DNA of 63,981 nt, filler included, from Piptocephalis cylindrospora (GCA_003614145.1; 7 parts of 7 records of this genome joined end to end with filler, not necessarily neighbours in it); one strand, 5' to 3'. Shown: positions 51,300 through 63,981, counted from the first letter of the whole stretch. A program made the numbers and translations. The notes: generated from the letters alone by a model not told the origin.

Positions 51300-53058
51300 A
51301 TGTCGTCAAGTGATCGAGTACGCGTTTATGGTCTTCGCCACCCGGTAACTCAAAATGGAGGGAGTGCTAGGTAGAGCGGGCATAGTCTGACTTTCTCACT
51401 ATCCCTCATTCGGCCCATAGACCAAGTGCTTGGCCACGGTGGGAGCTGGTCTGGATAGGACGCGATTCATGGTGGGGACTTGGAGCCCCCTGGCGGATAA
51501 TGAGGTGAGGTGTGAGAGAACAGAACTGTACTTTGAGGAACGCTCACCCAAATCTTGTAGTTACATATCCTGGAGCTAGAAGACGAGATGGAAGAGCAAG
51601 AGGAGGAAGGAGAGGAAGGGGCAAGTGTGAGGCAGCGAGCAAGGGCGGATGGTATCCTGGCCCAACGGATCTCCCATCCTCAAGCCATCCATCAGATTAT
51701 GCCATGCCCTTACGATCCGGACCTCCTATTTACCCTTCATGATGATGGTAGGTGTACGTACGATGGTGCAAGGAGGCACTTGATGGCTAATCAAATATTC
51801 CTCTTGAAATTATGGTAGAGGAGCGCGGGACACAAGGGGCTCGGCGGGTCCAGGGAACCTTGTGGCGACTTCCCAAGACTAAAAGTGCTCAGAACCAGGG
51901 AATAGAAAAATCTATATCTGAAAATGAAATGGAAGAGGAAGAAGAAGGACTGGAAAAAATCTATGCCCTTGGAAACGACATCATGGAGGACGATCCATTA
52001 GAGAGGTGATGATAGCAACTTGTTTATGATAGCCCGTTTATCTTCCTCATCTCACCTATCCCTTTTAGTCTTTCCTGGGATCCACGAGGCAAGCCAGGAG
52101 ATACACAGGGTCGATTTATCACTGCAGGAAAGGATACACTACGTCTATGGGATATTGGCAAGGCCGGAGTCGTCAGTGTAAGTTTCAAGAGGAATTAATT
52201 GAAGGAACGAGCAAAAACACTGATAAGGCCACATCCTAGTTAATCGAGAACTGGTCTGGCCCTAGGGAAGAGGATGATGGAGGACTAGGTGGGCTCTTTG
52301 GCCCTAGAAAATCTCGACAATTGGTCTGGTCAAAGCAAGGTTGGGATCTTTCAGTGACTAATGGTCAAGGAGGAATCTGGGGATATGATATTCGGAGTCG
52401 AGAGTAGGTCCTTGTCATTTGTAAATCCTCGACAGAGCACTCATGTGCTAAGATGGAAGTAGAGCTCATTTGTACGCCCCATCTTCCCCCACTAGAATCA
52501 GCTATAGTATTCCTCAGGCACACACAGGGCACATACGTTCATTATCATGCAATCCCCATATGTCCCATCAGCTCACTTCTGCAAGTGAGGATCGAACCAT
52601 CCGTGTATGGGACGTACGATACACAGGAAAACCGTTGTTAGATCTCAATGGTCATACTCATTGGTAAAAGTTCCGAGTACACGTGAGCTATAAAATGCCC
52701 CTCACTCACGTTTCATTTCAATAGGGTATGTGACGCTTCGTATAATCCATTTCATGATCGTCTGTTACTGACAGGAGGGTCGGACGCTAGGGTCCTCCTG
52801 CACAGTATCTACTCCGTATCCTCTGCAGCCCTAGTGGATCGATCTGAAAGGGATGAGGAGGAGGGCGAGGATGGCGATGAAGATGAAGATGATGTGAGAA
52901 GGGATGATCTACTATGGATGTATGATGGACATGATGATAGTGTGTATGGCGTGGCGTGGAGCGAGCATGATCCCTGGGTCTTTGCTACACTCGGGTACGG
53001 CGGAAGGATCATCATTGGAACGATGCCGGACGCGATCAAATATCGTATTTTACTTTGA
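51300..53058 (+). CDS. EIPR1: EIPR1/TSSC1 WD40 protein (EARP/GARP interactor)
   Basis: N-terminal VYGLRHP/TKCL...RFMVGT...DNE/LHIL and C-terminal HDDSVYGVAWSEHDPWVFATLGYGGRII...IKYRILL. Many short introns. Confidence 0.88.
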
Positions 53059-53259
53059 TATGGGAAATGCCGTAATGATGGATAATTGATCCTAAATAAA
53101 GATTATTGATTGCAAGCAGCTGATGGTTTATTAATGATCAAACCTTCTCTATCCTCTTCATGTAAAAATTCAATCTCAGTAAATTAGCGTCAGATATCCC
53201 TTCCTTTTTTTTCTTCTCTCATCTTTTTGTCTCCTCCTCACCCTCCAATCTCTTTCGGA

Positions 53260-54651
53260 TCAAACCTTGGTCCAGAAAGTACGGGTGATCATCCAGCGAA
53301 GAGGTAAGAGGAGTAAACTGGCAATGATACAGCAGGCACCATTGAACAGCTCGGCCGGGAGATAAGAGGTGTTTGGAGCTGTGGCATCGACCAAGGCTCC
53401 AAAGACAGCGGGACCCACAATATCCCCGGGAAATTGAATGCCCATGACCACGCCAATAGCCGAGGCGGCCTCGTGCAAGGGAACCAGACTGGCAGTGATG
53501 ACAGGAACTAGGGACATGAATGAGGCCTGGAAGAGGCCAAAGAGGATGGCAAACACCATGAGGAGGGCCAAAGAGGTGGCAAAAGGCCAGATGAGGAGGG
53601 TAACAACGCCGGAGAGGGTAAGGGTGATGAAAAGGATATTAATACTTCCATACCGGTCTGCGAGCCATCCTGCGACAATACGGCCAACACCACTGGACAA
53701 AGTAAGCACCATGGTGGCTATAGCGCCCATTTCATCTGGAAGCCCGATGAAAGTGGCATACGAGGGGAGAAAATAATAAGGGGAGGTATAAGAGATGATA
53801 TAAATGGTAGCCGAGACGGCAAGGAGAGCCACCTTGGGGTTGAGAAGGAGAGATAAATCGATAAGTTCACGCATGATGCGGGCGATACGACGTCTACGAG
53901 ATTCTTTGGATCGTTCAATGGTCTCTTCTTCCGAGGTGGGGCAGCACCGAATACGCTCCTGAAGAAAGATGCAGGGGAGGAGGAGGAGAGCTAGATATAT
54001 AAGGGCTGAGACACGAAGGGCCCAACGGACACCCCATCGATTGATCATGACTTGAGTGATCTGGAGAATTGTGGCAGCACCAACGGAGGTTCCACTGACA
54101 GCAATCCCCGAGGCCAGACCACGTCTTCGGTCGAACCACTGGCTGGGGAGATGAGAAGCAGAGAAGAGGACGAGGGAGCATCCGATACCTGGGATCAGAC
54201 TCTGAGTGAGGAATAGATGCCAGATAGAAGTGGAAAACGATGCGAGGACAAGGCCTACAGGGTATAGGATAGTGCCGATGATCAAAGGCCAACGGATTCC
54301 ATAAATCTGTATCAGCTTGCCAAAGACGATTCCCAGTCCATAGACTAGGGCAGCACATGTCCCTCCAATTAAGGTAACCGTGCTGCTCTTTTCATTCCGG
54401 TAATCCCCTTCGAGGTAGGCCCGCTGGTATAGGCCCCAACTGAGGAGGCAGCCTGAGAGGGAAAAATTAATGCAAAAAACAAAAAACATCATCCACCAAC
54501 CCTTTGGATGATCGGGTGGATAGATGTCTATGGTGGGGGAATTCTTTTCCACAGCGGTTTGCATGGTCTCTGACCTCTTTAAGGGGCCCTTGGGCGAGGG
54601 AATTGCATCAGAGAGAGAGGCATGAGATGATTGAGAATGATCTAAAGGCAT
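53260..54651 (-). CDS. MFS monocarboxylate-porter family (Mch/MCT-like) transporter
   Basis: PPDHPKGW, SQWFDRRRGLASGIAVSG and GRIVAGWLADRYG. About 12 TM helices; intronless. Confidence 0.92.
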   Translation of the reverse strand: MPLDHSQSSHASLSDAIPSPKGPLKRSETMQTAVEKNSPTIDIYPPDHPKGWWMMFFVFCINFSLSGCLLSWGLYQRAYLEGDYRNEKSSTVTLIGGTCAALVYGLGIVFGKLIQIYGIRWPLIIGTILYPVGLVLASFSTSIWHLFLTQSLIPGIGCSLVLFSASHLPSQWFDRRRGLASGIAVSGTSVGAATILQITQVMINRWGVRWALRVSALIYLALLLLPCIFLQERIRCCPTSEEETIERSKESRRRRIARIMRELIDLSLLLNPKVALLAVSATIYIISYTSPYYFLPSYATFIGLPDEMGAIATMVLTLSSGVGRIVAGWLADRYGSINILFITLTLSGVVTLLIWPFATSLALLMVFAILFGLFQASFMSLVPVITASLVPLHEAASAIGVVMGIQFPGDIVGPAVFGALVDATAPNTSYLPAELFNGACCIIASLLLLPLRWMITRTFWTKV

Positions 54652-55110
54652 GGTAGATGTGTGAAGAGATATAAACTGTGATAGTTATGGAAAAGACGAT
54701 GATGGGGTTTGAGAGGGAAAAATAGGGTGTATATATCCCTATTTTTTGCTTGATCTAGAAGGGTAAAGCTACTGTAATGACGTGGGGAGCATGTATGGGG
54801 CAGACCAATGACCCATGGTACCCGCATGTAAGATCAGTTTTGTCCCCTGCAAGAGATGTACGACTACAGTGAAGAGGGGTGTGTTAGCAAAAGATATGAC
54901 TAGGGATGCGTATGATGCTAATTGCTATTACTTTTTACTGGGGTGAAGGTGCAGGGGCGGGAAATCCGATACGGCTCATGCCAGATTGGAATTTTGGCTG
55001 TCTTGGTGAAGTAGTAGGCAATATCAAGGGAGATATATGAGCTATCCTACGATCAGAGGGAGGGCGGGATGGGTTTGTGTCATGGGGTTTGAATGAAGGA
55101 TGCATATTTG

Positions 55111-56177
55111 CATTCCCTTTTGACATCTGCTCAGACATCCCTTAGTCGCTCATTTCTTTTTGGATCATCCAGAGAGCACATATCGAATCGGTGAGAACTA
55201 CATGCAAGACGTAGGATGCAATCTTTGATCTAACGTCGCTCCGTAGCAACCATATCTTGTATACATTTCCGTTTCCCCAAAGGAGCTGGCCTCATGGAGG
55301 ATTTTACTTTACTGATCCCCAGGCTGAAACGGCGTGGTAATCATGGTTACCAGGAGACGCATTCATGTCGTACCACACACCTCCTCATCTGACCCTTCTA
55401 GTCACGTTCAGGTCATCTTAATGGTAGAAAAGGATGTCTGAGAAAAATTCATCCGCTCACACTTGACTCCGCCATGTAGATCGTATGCAGGGAGGCGGAT
55501 GAGTGGATTGAACACACCCTACCCGCTCCATTGCCCTTGGCGGTCGGAATGGTGCGTTTAGGGCACCTTGGTTGATGCACGTATAAGCGCTCTGGTCACC
55601 CTTCATCTCCCATGCATCTTAATACTCCCTCATCACTCCCCCATTCCCTTTTGACATCTGCTCAGACATCCCTTAGTCGCTCATTTCTTTTTGGATCATC
55701 CAGAGAGCACATATCGAATCGGTGAGAACTACATGCAAGACGTAGGATGCAATCTTTGATCTAACGTCGCTCCGTAGCAACCATATCTTGTATACATTTC
55801 CGTTTCCCCAAAGGAGCTGGCCTCATGGAGGATTTTACTTTACTGATCCCCAGGCTGAAACGGCGTGGTAATCATGGTTACCAGGAGACGCATTCATGTC
55901 GTACCACACACCTCCTCATCTGACCCTTCTAGTCACGTTCAGGTCATCTTAATGGTAGAAAAGGATGTCTGAGAAAAATTCATCCGCTCACACTTGACTC
56001 CGCCATGTAGATCGTATGCAGGGAGGCGGATGAGTGGATTGAACACACCCTACCCGCTCCATTGCCCTTGGCGGTCGGAATGGTGCGTTTAGGGCACCTT
56101 GGTTGATGCACGTATAAGCGCTCTGGTCACCCTTCATCTCCCATGCATCTTAATACTCCCTCATCACTCCCCCATTC
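55111..56177. repeat. 531-bp direct tandem duplication
   Basis: 55111-55641 and 55642-56172 appear identical by eye. CATTC recurs at 55111, 55642 and 56173. Confidence 0.95.
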
Positions 56178-56332
56178 TCTACATTTTCTACATCGCGCTC
56201 TTTTACTTGGGTCGACGTGCTCTTTTTGATTTACCCATTTGACAGCGAAAATGTGCCTAACTCTTGAACTCACGGCCTACCCCATCCCAGATACTCATAC
56301 TTTTTGGTTACTGTGAATCTCTGACTATGCCT

Positions 56333-56432
56333 NNNNNNNNNNNNNNNNNNNNNNNNNNNNNNNNNNNNNNNNNNNNTTAATTAATTAANNNNNNNNNNNN
56401 NNNNNNNNNNNNNNNNNNNNNNNNNNNNNNNN
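56333..56432. other. Artificial contig linker
   Basis: 44 N + TTAATTAATTAA + 44 N. Confidence 0.98.
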
Positions 56433-57924
56433 TTTTCGGGGGAAAAAGGGCTGGGGCACAGGGAGAAGGGCAAAACAATGGGATTTGGTTTTGGAGGCGG
56501 GGTGGAAAGGGGGGGGGGGAGAGAGAGGAAGGGCAAAGGCCAACGCGGAAGAGTACAATTGAGCAGAGCCTTGATTGTTGAAGAGGAGGGGAGGGGAGGA
56601 ATCGAGATGGTCGATGAAATGCTTAGGGTAAGTTTGGCCCGAGTGCTTGGGCAGGGTGATAAGAATAGGAAAGGAGGGGCAGGAGAATAAGGGGAGGATT
56701 CGATAAATGAAAGGATCAAAAGGCTGAGGAGAGTGAGGAGGAGAATGGAAGGAGAATGAGGAGAGAGAGAGCAGATAATTAGAGAGGAAAGGGCAGCGAC
56801 CGATCGATGCTTTATTGGCGCTGACCGAGAGCCCGTTTCATCCAGGGCCTTCTTACGTATTATCTCAACTTGGAATGTTTTAAGCTGAGTCGAAGGAAGA
56901 GGTCATACGAGGTCATCTGCATCATCCTTCGGTCAAGACCATCCATGAAGATACGAGCATGAGAATTTGGCGTCCTGGGGGTAAGAGGGAGGGCTAAGAG
57001 CGGATCCTAAAACACCCGCTTCGGATTGTGAGTATCAGCAGTGGCGGAGAGAGGCTGGGATGTGCACCTTGGATTATCCGGGAGAGAGAGCATGTGTGTG
57101 TGGGCGACGGCTTGGCGCCCTCTAGGGGACAGTGCACGCATCCCAAGTTATGCAGTAGGATGTGGGAGGGACGGATCGTGTTGTTGCATGCCGGGCCGAA
57201 CAATTTGAGTACAATGGGAGGACTGATGTGACGAGAAAGATCAGACCTGGTGGGACACGGATGCAGCAATGATCACTCGATCCTTGAATGGTGCTGGGAT
57301 ATAGATGGAGTATGGAGATATAGGGCGTTGACGGGAATCAATGGATTTCTGTGGATTCATCAGGATATGCTTTTATGGCTAGGGTTAGCCTTGCCAGGCT
57401 TGATGGTCTTCTTATTGGCGAAGGCATGATTGAAAGACTTTCAAGACCAGAGACTGTAAGTGTAGTGCATAAGAGCCTTCGTTGACGACAAAGTGGTTGG
57501 ATTGAATGGATTAGGGAGAGGGAGAAGGGCGTATGCAAATATTTGCATGTAAAGGGAAAGAGAGAAAGGAGAGAGGGAAAAGGCCGTATTAGGCGGTTCG
57601 TAAGGTAAGATGCGTACATTTGAATTAAATGGCCATCAGGTGCGCAAGATGGACGGTGGGCATCGTCTTGTTTGGAGTGAATCGCGAGAGTGACGCGTCA
57701 GACGCGTTCTAGATGTCAACACGTAGTGAAACTGCAGTGGGCTTGGGATATTCGCATACCTGAGCGGTGACGGCCCGGTCCATCATTCAGGATCAGTGCA
57801 ATGACAACAAGGGCGAGCTCGAGAGATTAACCTTCTAGGGAGTATATAGGCACATGCGTTTACAGGCTCCTTTTCGTCTTCCATCCTGTAATATCTCTCC
57901 TTCTTTCCCTCACTTTAGTTAAAT

Positions 57925-59088
57925 ATGCCCAACTCATCCCTAGCGACGAGAACCATATCAGATACACTTCGTGTCGCCATTGTAAGTATTTCCCTTGAAG
58001 AGAATAAGGAAGCCGTCCCGCATATATAATGCTTCTCTACAATTTTCTTTGTACAGGCGATGGCGCTGGTGGCGTCGAATAATGCTAGATCCACCAGTAA
58101 GACTCCCACTCCGTCCTTCCAGGAAGAGGAGAAAAAAAAATCGGATCCCTTGGAAGAAGAACTTGTCAAGGAGAGCCAAGCGCCATTCATCGGTGATAAG
58201 CATACTCAGAAGCGTTGTAGGTTCTCTGATCCGGCCTATTGTGATGGTAAGAACTGATGAGTCATGATCGTGCATGATCTATTCATCTACTGATCACGAT
58301 CCTACTTAGTGCCCCATCATCCAATCCACCAGAAAGGTACCCTTTTGGATCCTTTTATGAAATTATGCCTGTCCATGAAGGATTGTCTGGATACATCCAG
58401 TTCGTTTCCACCTGCATTGACATGTATGCTGCTTCTCTAATTGGCCCCCAATCTCCATCCTGTGCTCACTTTCCCTCCTAGTTCTTTGTAGCGAACTATC
58501 CCGTGTCATCACAGTCATGTCCCGCGCTAGCATGGGTGAGGAGGAGGTAAGGAGACACAGCCATTGACTTCCCTATCATATTCATCTTACCCGTTCGTCT
58601 CCATCATGCTAGACTGTGGCTATCCATAATGGGTTCCTCCAATTGCAATCCTCCTTGGAGGATTCATTGAATGGGTGCTTTGGGTTTGTAATGCTCTACC
58701 ACCTACTGGAATCCCTTCACCCTCATTATCCCAAGGGGAATGACCGTACCCAATACGTCTTGACCAAGGCCCTTCTCCGACTTTCCCCCGGGACATTTCC
58801 CTCATGGATTCAACGTATGTATAGGTGGGTGGAGGGCATCAAGACTGCATTGTTTCCTCATTCATCGATTCGCATGATGTAGTGGAGTGGAAGCGTCTGC
58901 TATGGCAAATTTTGCAGACACTCGATCAGCCCATCCATACGAGCATGGGACAGCCATGCCCCTGGTCCATTCGAGTGCATCTATGGACCCTGTCAGCCAT
59001 GGTGTTGGACTCTCCTTCTTCCAGGATGACCGTGGCTGAGCAGTATATCCTTTCACTTTTACTTCTTCCAGGTCAATCCATGATCTAA
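57925..59088 (+). CDS. Hypothetical multi-exon protein
   Basis: TATATAG at 57843 and ATG 57925. A chain of GTAAG/GTATG...YAG introns links short ORFs (MPNSSLATR... / AMALVAS... / ...TVAIHNGFLQL... / ...). No family recognised. Confidence 0.45.
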
Positions 59089-59853
59089 TTCTTATCCAAA
59101 TATTTCCTTGTTGCATGCATGACGTCGATGGTGTTTTTGTTATTAAATAAATATCGCTCTGAATCATGCCCTTGATGCCTCCTCATTCTGGAAGAACATG
59201 ACATGGCTTGCAAAAGGCCTTTCTCGTAGACTCATAAGTACAAAACATATACCATTGCCCTCTCTCTCCCATGACATCCATCTATCTGATCCTTCAATCA
59301 GATGGAGGATGGGTCCAAAGCGGTCTTTCATCCAGTTGGTGTAAGGCACACTTTTTAAGGGGGAAGCCACTTCATCAAGAACACAAGCTTGCGCGAGAAG
59401 TGCTCCCATTGTTTGCTCATACCAGTGAGCGGCATCATTGGGGAAGGACGTTGCCTATTGTCTCCATCATCCTAACATCTCCTTTAATGATATAGCAACG
59501 TGTAAGATCTAGGACGGATTCGTATAACCCATTTATGACCATATTGTCACGAGAAAAACGATTGTCCATCCAGGGCATGGGCGATGTAAGAAAAAAGCGG
59601 GAATTGTGATTTATAGAAAGATTTCATTCAACACCATATCACATGGGCTTGACGATGTAGGCTCAAAAAGAAATGCATTGCCACACAAAAGCAGGCATGG
59701 ACCATCCCAAAGGAACATTTCGCTGTTTACTACTATTACCATCCCAAAGGACACATGAAAGGGAGCAGTGTAGGTTATTGTCTCAGACCTAGATAGGCCA
59801 TCAGCGCGTTACTGATCACTTAGCGAGTGTGGACTGAAGGGGGGCGCGAGATT

Positions 59854-60828
59854 TTACTGTTGCTGCTTTGGGTGGTGGTAGTGGTAATGATAAGTGGCGC
59901 CGGGAACATGTTGGTGAAAGTGCGCCGGCTCAGGCACCTGCAAAGAGTTCTGATCAAGCTCCTGCTGCGCTTCAGGAAGAGGGGGAGGGTTGTTGATGAA
60001 CCGGCGGGCAGTAATCATCATTTTGGGACGAAGGATGTCCAAATCCTTCGGAGAAAACTGTCCCTCAGGGGCCTTACTAATGGCCTTCTTAGCGCTACTG
60101 AGAAGTTTAACCAGTTCTTCCCTTGAATCCTTAAGTCCACCCTTCAGGAGCGAAGTAATTTCACCACGGATCCAGGGATGACGCCTAGAAGTGAATTTTA
60201 AGCCCCACATCCGGATATTCTTCATCATGAAGTCGAGAACGATATTGAGTTTTTCGATGATGATGGAAGCCTCTCTGACAATGATCTCTCGGGCCCTTGA
60301 AAGGAAAATTTGCTCCGTATCCATGATGACAATGCCGGAGAAGTAGCCTAGACACCATTCGGGGTAGATGATGGAGGAGGACTGGAGATTTTTCGCCTTA
60401 GCAGGCTCAGCGAGGGCAATATCAGCACAGTGCTTGATGTCACGCGTGAAAACATTATTCATGGTCACGACGCTAAAGTCTGTGGACATGGCCAGGGCAA
60501 GGGAGTGCACGACAGAGGAGTAGACGCGATGGAAATGCTTGACCAGAATACGGTGGTTTGTCTGGGTGTTGCTCATCGTGTAGCCCTTTTTGGTATAGTC
60601 CTTATCCACCCTAGCCACCTCGTCATTACTCCGAAATCGGCCTAGCGCCTTCACGTTCTCTTCATAGGTCACTGTAGAGCGGACCTGCTTATATTTGAAG
60701 CGATATAGAGGGATAGGGCTCGCCTTGGGCGTACCGTCCAGATCGCCCTTTGAGGCGCCCTCCGCGGTAGCCGAGAGAAGAACTAGGGTGGCAAGGCAGA
60801 AAGTGGCGGCAGAAGTGGTGAGGTGCAT
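59854..60828 (-). CDS. Orphan secreted protein, 324 aa
   Basis: Signal peptide MHLTTSAATFCLATLVLLSATAEG. Intronless, helical composition, His/Tyr/Gln-rich tail. Confidence 0.8.
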   Translation of the reverse strand: MHLTTSAATFCLATLVLLSATAEGASKGDLDGTPKASPIPLYRFKYKQVRSTVTYEENVKALGRFRSNDEVARVDKDYTKKGYTMSNTQTNHRILVKHFHRVYSSVVHSLALAMSTDFSVVTMNNVFTRDIKHCADIALAEPAKAKNLQSSSIIYPEWCLGYFSGIVIMDTEQIFLSRAREIIVREASIIIEKLNIVLDFMMKNIRMWGLKFTSRRHPWIRGEITSLLKGGLKDSREELVKLLSSAKKAISKAPEGQFSPKDLDILRPKMMITARRFINNPPPLPEAQQELDQNSLQVPEPAHFHQHVPGATYHYHYHHPKQQQ

Positions 60829-61969
60829 AGTGAAGGATCAAGGAATGAGGCTTGAGCGCGTGGGTTGAACGAGATCGAGAGGAGAGGTAAAATCGGGAGC
60901 GTGTGGGGTGGAATGACTTGGGAGGTTGGACAACTGAGCAGGAAGGAAGTGCGTAAGTCGCTTAGGGAGAGCAGAACGGTGCTCGAATCAGAAACGTCAA
61001 GATAGCGGAAGGGGAGCTGGGTGAGGAAGGGTGGAGGAAGAAGAGAATCAGGGGCGTAAGAGTAGGAAGGGCGAGAGAGAAGTTGAGAAGGAGGGGGAGC
61101 GGATCGAGGAGGGAGGACATGTGGATTTTAAGTACCCTGAGTTGGCCAGATGGAAGGGGCTTCTTTGGGGCGGCAGGGTAGATTCCGCAGCAACTCCGAC
61201 AGTACTGCGTTGGGCAGAGGACGGGAAGATGACATGTTCCAACGACGAGCACCGTCAAGTGGAGTCTTTCGATTGGGTGAGGCTATACGCAAAGTGTCCA
61301 TCTTATCAGATTCTCCGAAGCTCCGCCACCCGTCCTATTAGCTGGAGCTGTAGCGGAGCTTGAGCCGATTTGCCTTGATGAAGAGCGGGGGCGGAGCTTG
61401 ACCTAGTTGAAATAGAGAAGGTGGGCGAATAGGGCGATGAACTTGGCTTGGGGCGGCTAGTTGGGCATAAGGCCAGCGGGGCAGCGATATCTAAGGGAGA
61501 GACTGGTTTGCCCCTGCACCTCTTGCTCATGGCATTTGACATGCAAAAATTGATGGGATGGAGGGTATTTATGAGCTGGTGGAAGTGAATTCTCGAGTGC
61601 AGGATACGCGTCGGGGCCATGTCCCTGGTGCTACGCATGTTGGCTCTTTGGGCAGGTACGGTGTTTGGGCGTTCAAAGGCCAATCCTATCATTGTCAGTG
61701 GAAGATAGGATGGCGTTGATCATTAGCATGATCTAATGTGAGTTGTGTGTCATTCAAGTCTATCTCAAGACATAAGGTGAAATGTATACAGAAGGAATGA
61801 GAGAGAAAAGACAGAGTTGAATCATGAAATGGTAATGATGATGATGAATTGATGGGCCACTCAACGTATGGGAAAGTGGGAAGCGCACGTCTATCTCCAA
61901 TCCCGTCGTCTTCTCTCGCCCTCCCCATTTGTTTAACAAAAAAGAGAGATCAAAAACCCGCCCATTCCT

Positions 61970-63845
61970 CTAGGACCCCTCCTCTTTTCCCGATAGACTC
62001 AGGGAAAAGACATAAGCGGCATTCCTTGCCTTCTTAAGACTCCACCACCGCCCAAACCGATGCTCCTGGCCGGTACCCGCCACCAACAGAATCTTCCCCT
62101 TGGTCTTGCTCTCCCCAGCTACCTCGGACAGGCTCAGAGAATTGACAAACCCAGGGGCAGGTAGGGTACCTAGCGGAACAATCTCCCTCATCTCCCCAGT
62201 CACCTTCCAGAGACGAACAGATCCATCCCAAGAGCCTAAGAATAAAGGGAGGGTGAGACAAGAGTGAAGAAAGGATATGGGTAGGACACACAACTTACCC
62301 GAAGCAAAGGTGTCCGTGTACGGAATAGATCGTAGAGAGGTAATCCACCTGGGGTTCTCCTTTCCCTCGTCCCCCTCCACCCCGTGTGCGAGGGGTAGAG
62401 TGAAGATAGGCTTTTTCCTCTCCATGCTCCATAATGAGAGAGTGCTATCAGAAAGGAGGAGGGGGGATGAGCTGATGATGGATGGCCCAGCTCACGTGAG
62501 ATATACGGTGCACGACTTACCCAGCATCTGATCCACTGACAAAGTGGCCTTCATCTAACATGGTGACCACATCCATGCTCCCTTCAGGCCATGACCGACC
62601 CCCTTCTTTGGACTGGGAGGAAGAGCCACCGCGGAAGACAAGTTGAGATTCCTGGGCAATTTTCCACATCCTCACGGTCCTATCCCGACTACCGACGGTG
62701 ACACACCGTTCACGCATGAGGGCATCAATGCTTGTGACCTCATCCTGATGACCAAAGAGGGTCTCCATATACGCCAACTGCTCAACGGACCACAGCTTAA
62801 TGGACCTGTCCTTGGAGCAGGAGTACAAATCATTGGAACCCCTTCGGAAGACCAATCCCTAAGGAAAAGAAGGGGGTGGGGTGGGGTGAGACTTTGATAT
62901 CTTTTTACTAGGGAACGGTTTGATGAAATGCTTACAGTAACGTGATCCTTGTGTTGAGTAAAGCAACCAAGGAGCTTATCCTCGGGAATAGACCATATAC
63001 GGATGGTCTTATCGGCAGCTCCACTGGCTAAATATTGCTCATCTGGACTAGTCGTGAGGGCAAGGATATGGCCCGTGTGTCCTGCAACCTGGCCCGACGC
63101 CACTTCCTTCTTGCTGGCCCGGTGAAAGGTGTGCAGACGTTTGCCGCTCTGAAGATCCCACTTGATGATGGACCCATCCTTGGATCCAGTGTATAGAGTC
63201 TTACCAGAGGAAGTAAGGGCCACTGAGGTGACTGATAGAGTATGGCCCCTGAGCCTCATGAGGGGGTCCGTGGGCAGGGTGAGAGAGGAGGCGATCTTAC
63301 GTTGAATCCTCCCCAACGATTCCATCTGGATTGGATTGACGAGGTGGTATGAGTAAATGAGTTGACCCGCCCCATCTGTGCTTTCTTATGATAGCAATAG
63401 TGACACTTACAGCATCTTCCTGCAATCGATCAGCAATATTGTCTCGGTCAACATCGGCAGCGTCAAATTCATTGTCCTCCAGGGAGACTTGTTCGCGGAC
63501 ATCCTCAATGAAGCGCTTGGCCAGTCTTAGCCTCTTCTCCGCGGCGGTCTCTCGGTTCTCCGCGGCTTCCCGGTCCTCCCAGTCCTCCTCGTCGGAAGAG
63601 TTGGGGCCCTGAAGCTCCATGTCCTCAATCCCACCCGGTCCTAGATCCTCTTCCTCCTCCCCATCGTCCTTTTTGCCACTTTGCCTTGAGCCCTTCCTTG
63701 AAGAGATCACGGGCTTCCCAGGCTTGCTCTGTCTTGGCCGGTCCGCACCACCGCGTGCACCTTGGGCTGGGGGAGCCGAGGGTCCAGGACGCTTCCTTTT
63801 GCCACCTCCGGCCTTTTTAACAGTGGTGAAAAAGGCGTCAGGCAT
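61970..63845 (-). CDS. RRP9: U3 snoRNP WD40 protein Rrp9 (U3-55K)
   Basis: MPDAFF, ETAAEKRLRLAKRFI, YMETLFGHQD, RERCVTVGSRDRT and GQEHRFGRWW. Four introns. Confidence 0.95.
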
Positions 63846-63981
63846 ATCCAAGGGCGGGCGATGAAGTGGGGGGGGGGGGGGGGGGGGGGGAAAGGGGCGG
63901 GGAAAGGGAGAAGAGGGGGCCCCGGCTTTGGGGAGGGAGAAAGAGGGGAGGGTGAGAAGAGAAGCATTAAGTAGGGTTGGA

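Noticed and set aside
59045..59053. ATATCCTTT as a U12 (AT-AC) donor
   Set aside because: No TCCTTAAC branch site with a downstream AC; probably chance.

Overview
This is eukaryotic, intron-containing fungal DNA with compact genes and short GT-AG introns. It looks like an early-diverging fungus, possibly Zoopagomycota such as a Piptocephalis-type single-cell assembly (inference only). It is not one locus: seven contigs are joined by an artificial 100-bp linker (44 N + TTAATTAATTAA + 44 N). The first six run 9324, 9313, 9300, 9300, 9298 and 9297 bp, in decreasing order, so adjacency across linkers is meaningless. Most genes are housekeeping: FBP1, urg1/URC1, RSM23, a septin, mL50, MAK3, SPO7, ThrRS, cytochrome c, MPP-beta, mitochondrial MetRS, CHS7, VPS1, SGT2, PHO81/nuc-2, EIPR1, an MCT-type MFS transporter and RRP9. 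The best leads are a multi-exon coiled-coil protein whose C-terminal domain resembles metazoan ICE1 (Little Elongation Complex), an orphan ORF with securin hallmarks, and three intronless candidate secreted proteins (kinase, tyrosinase, orphan). Also notable are a decayed tRNA, a 531-bp tandem duplication, and an exact 55-bp inverted overlap showing that contig 1 is an inversion chimera splitting a YML020W-like gene. Family assignments come from recalled motifs, not database searches.
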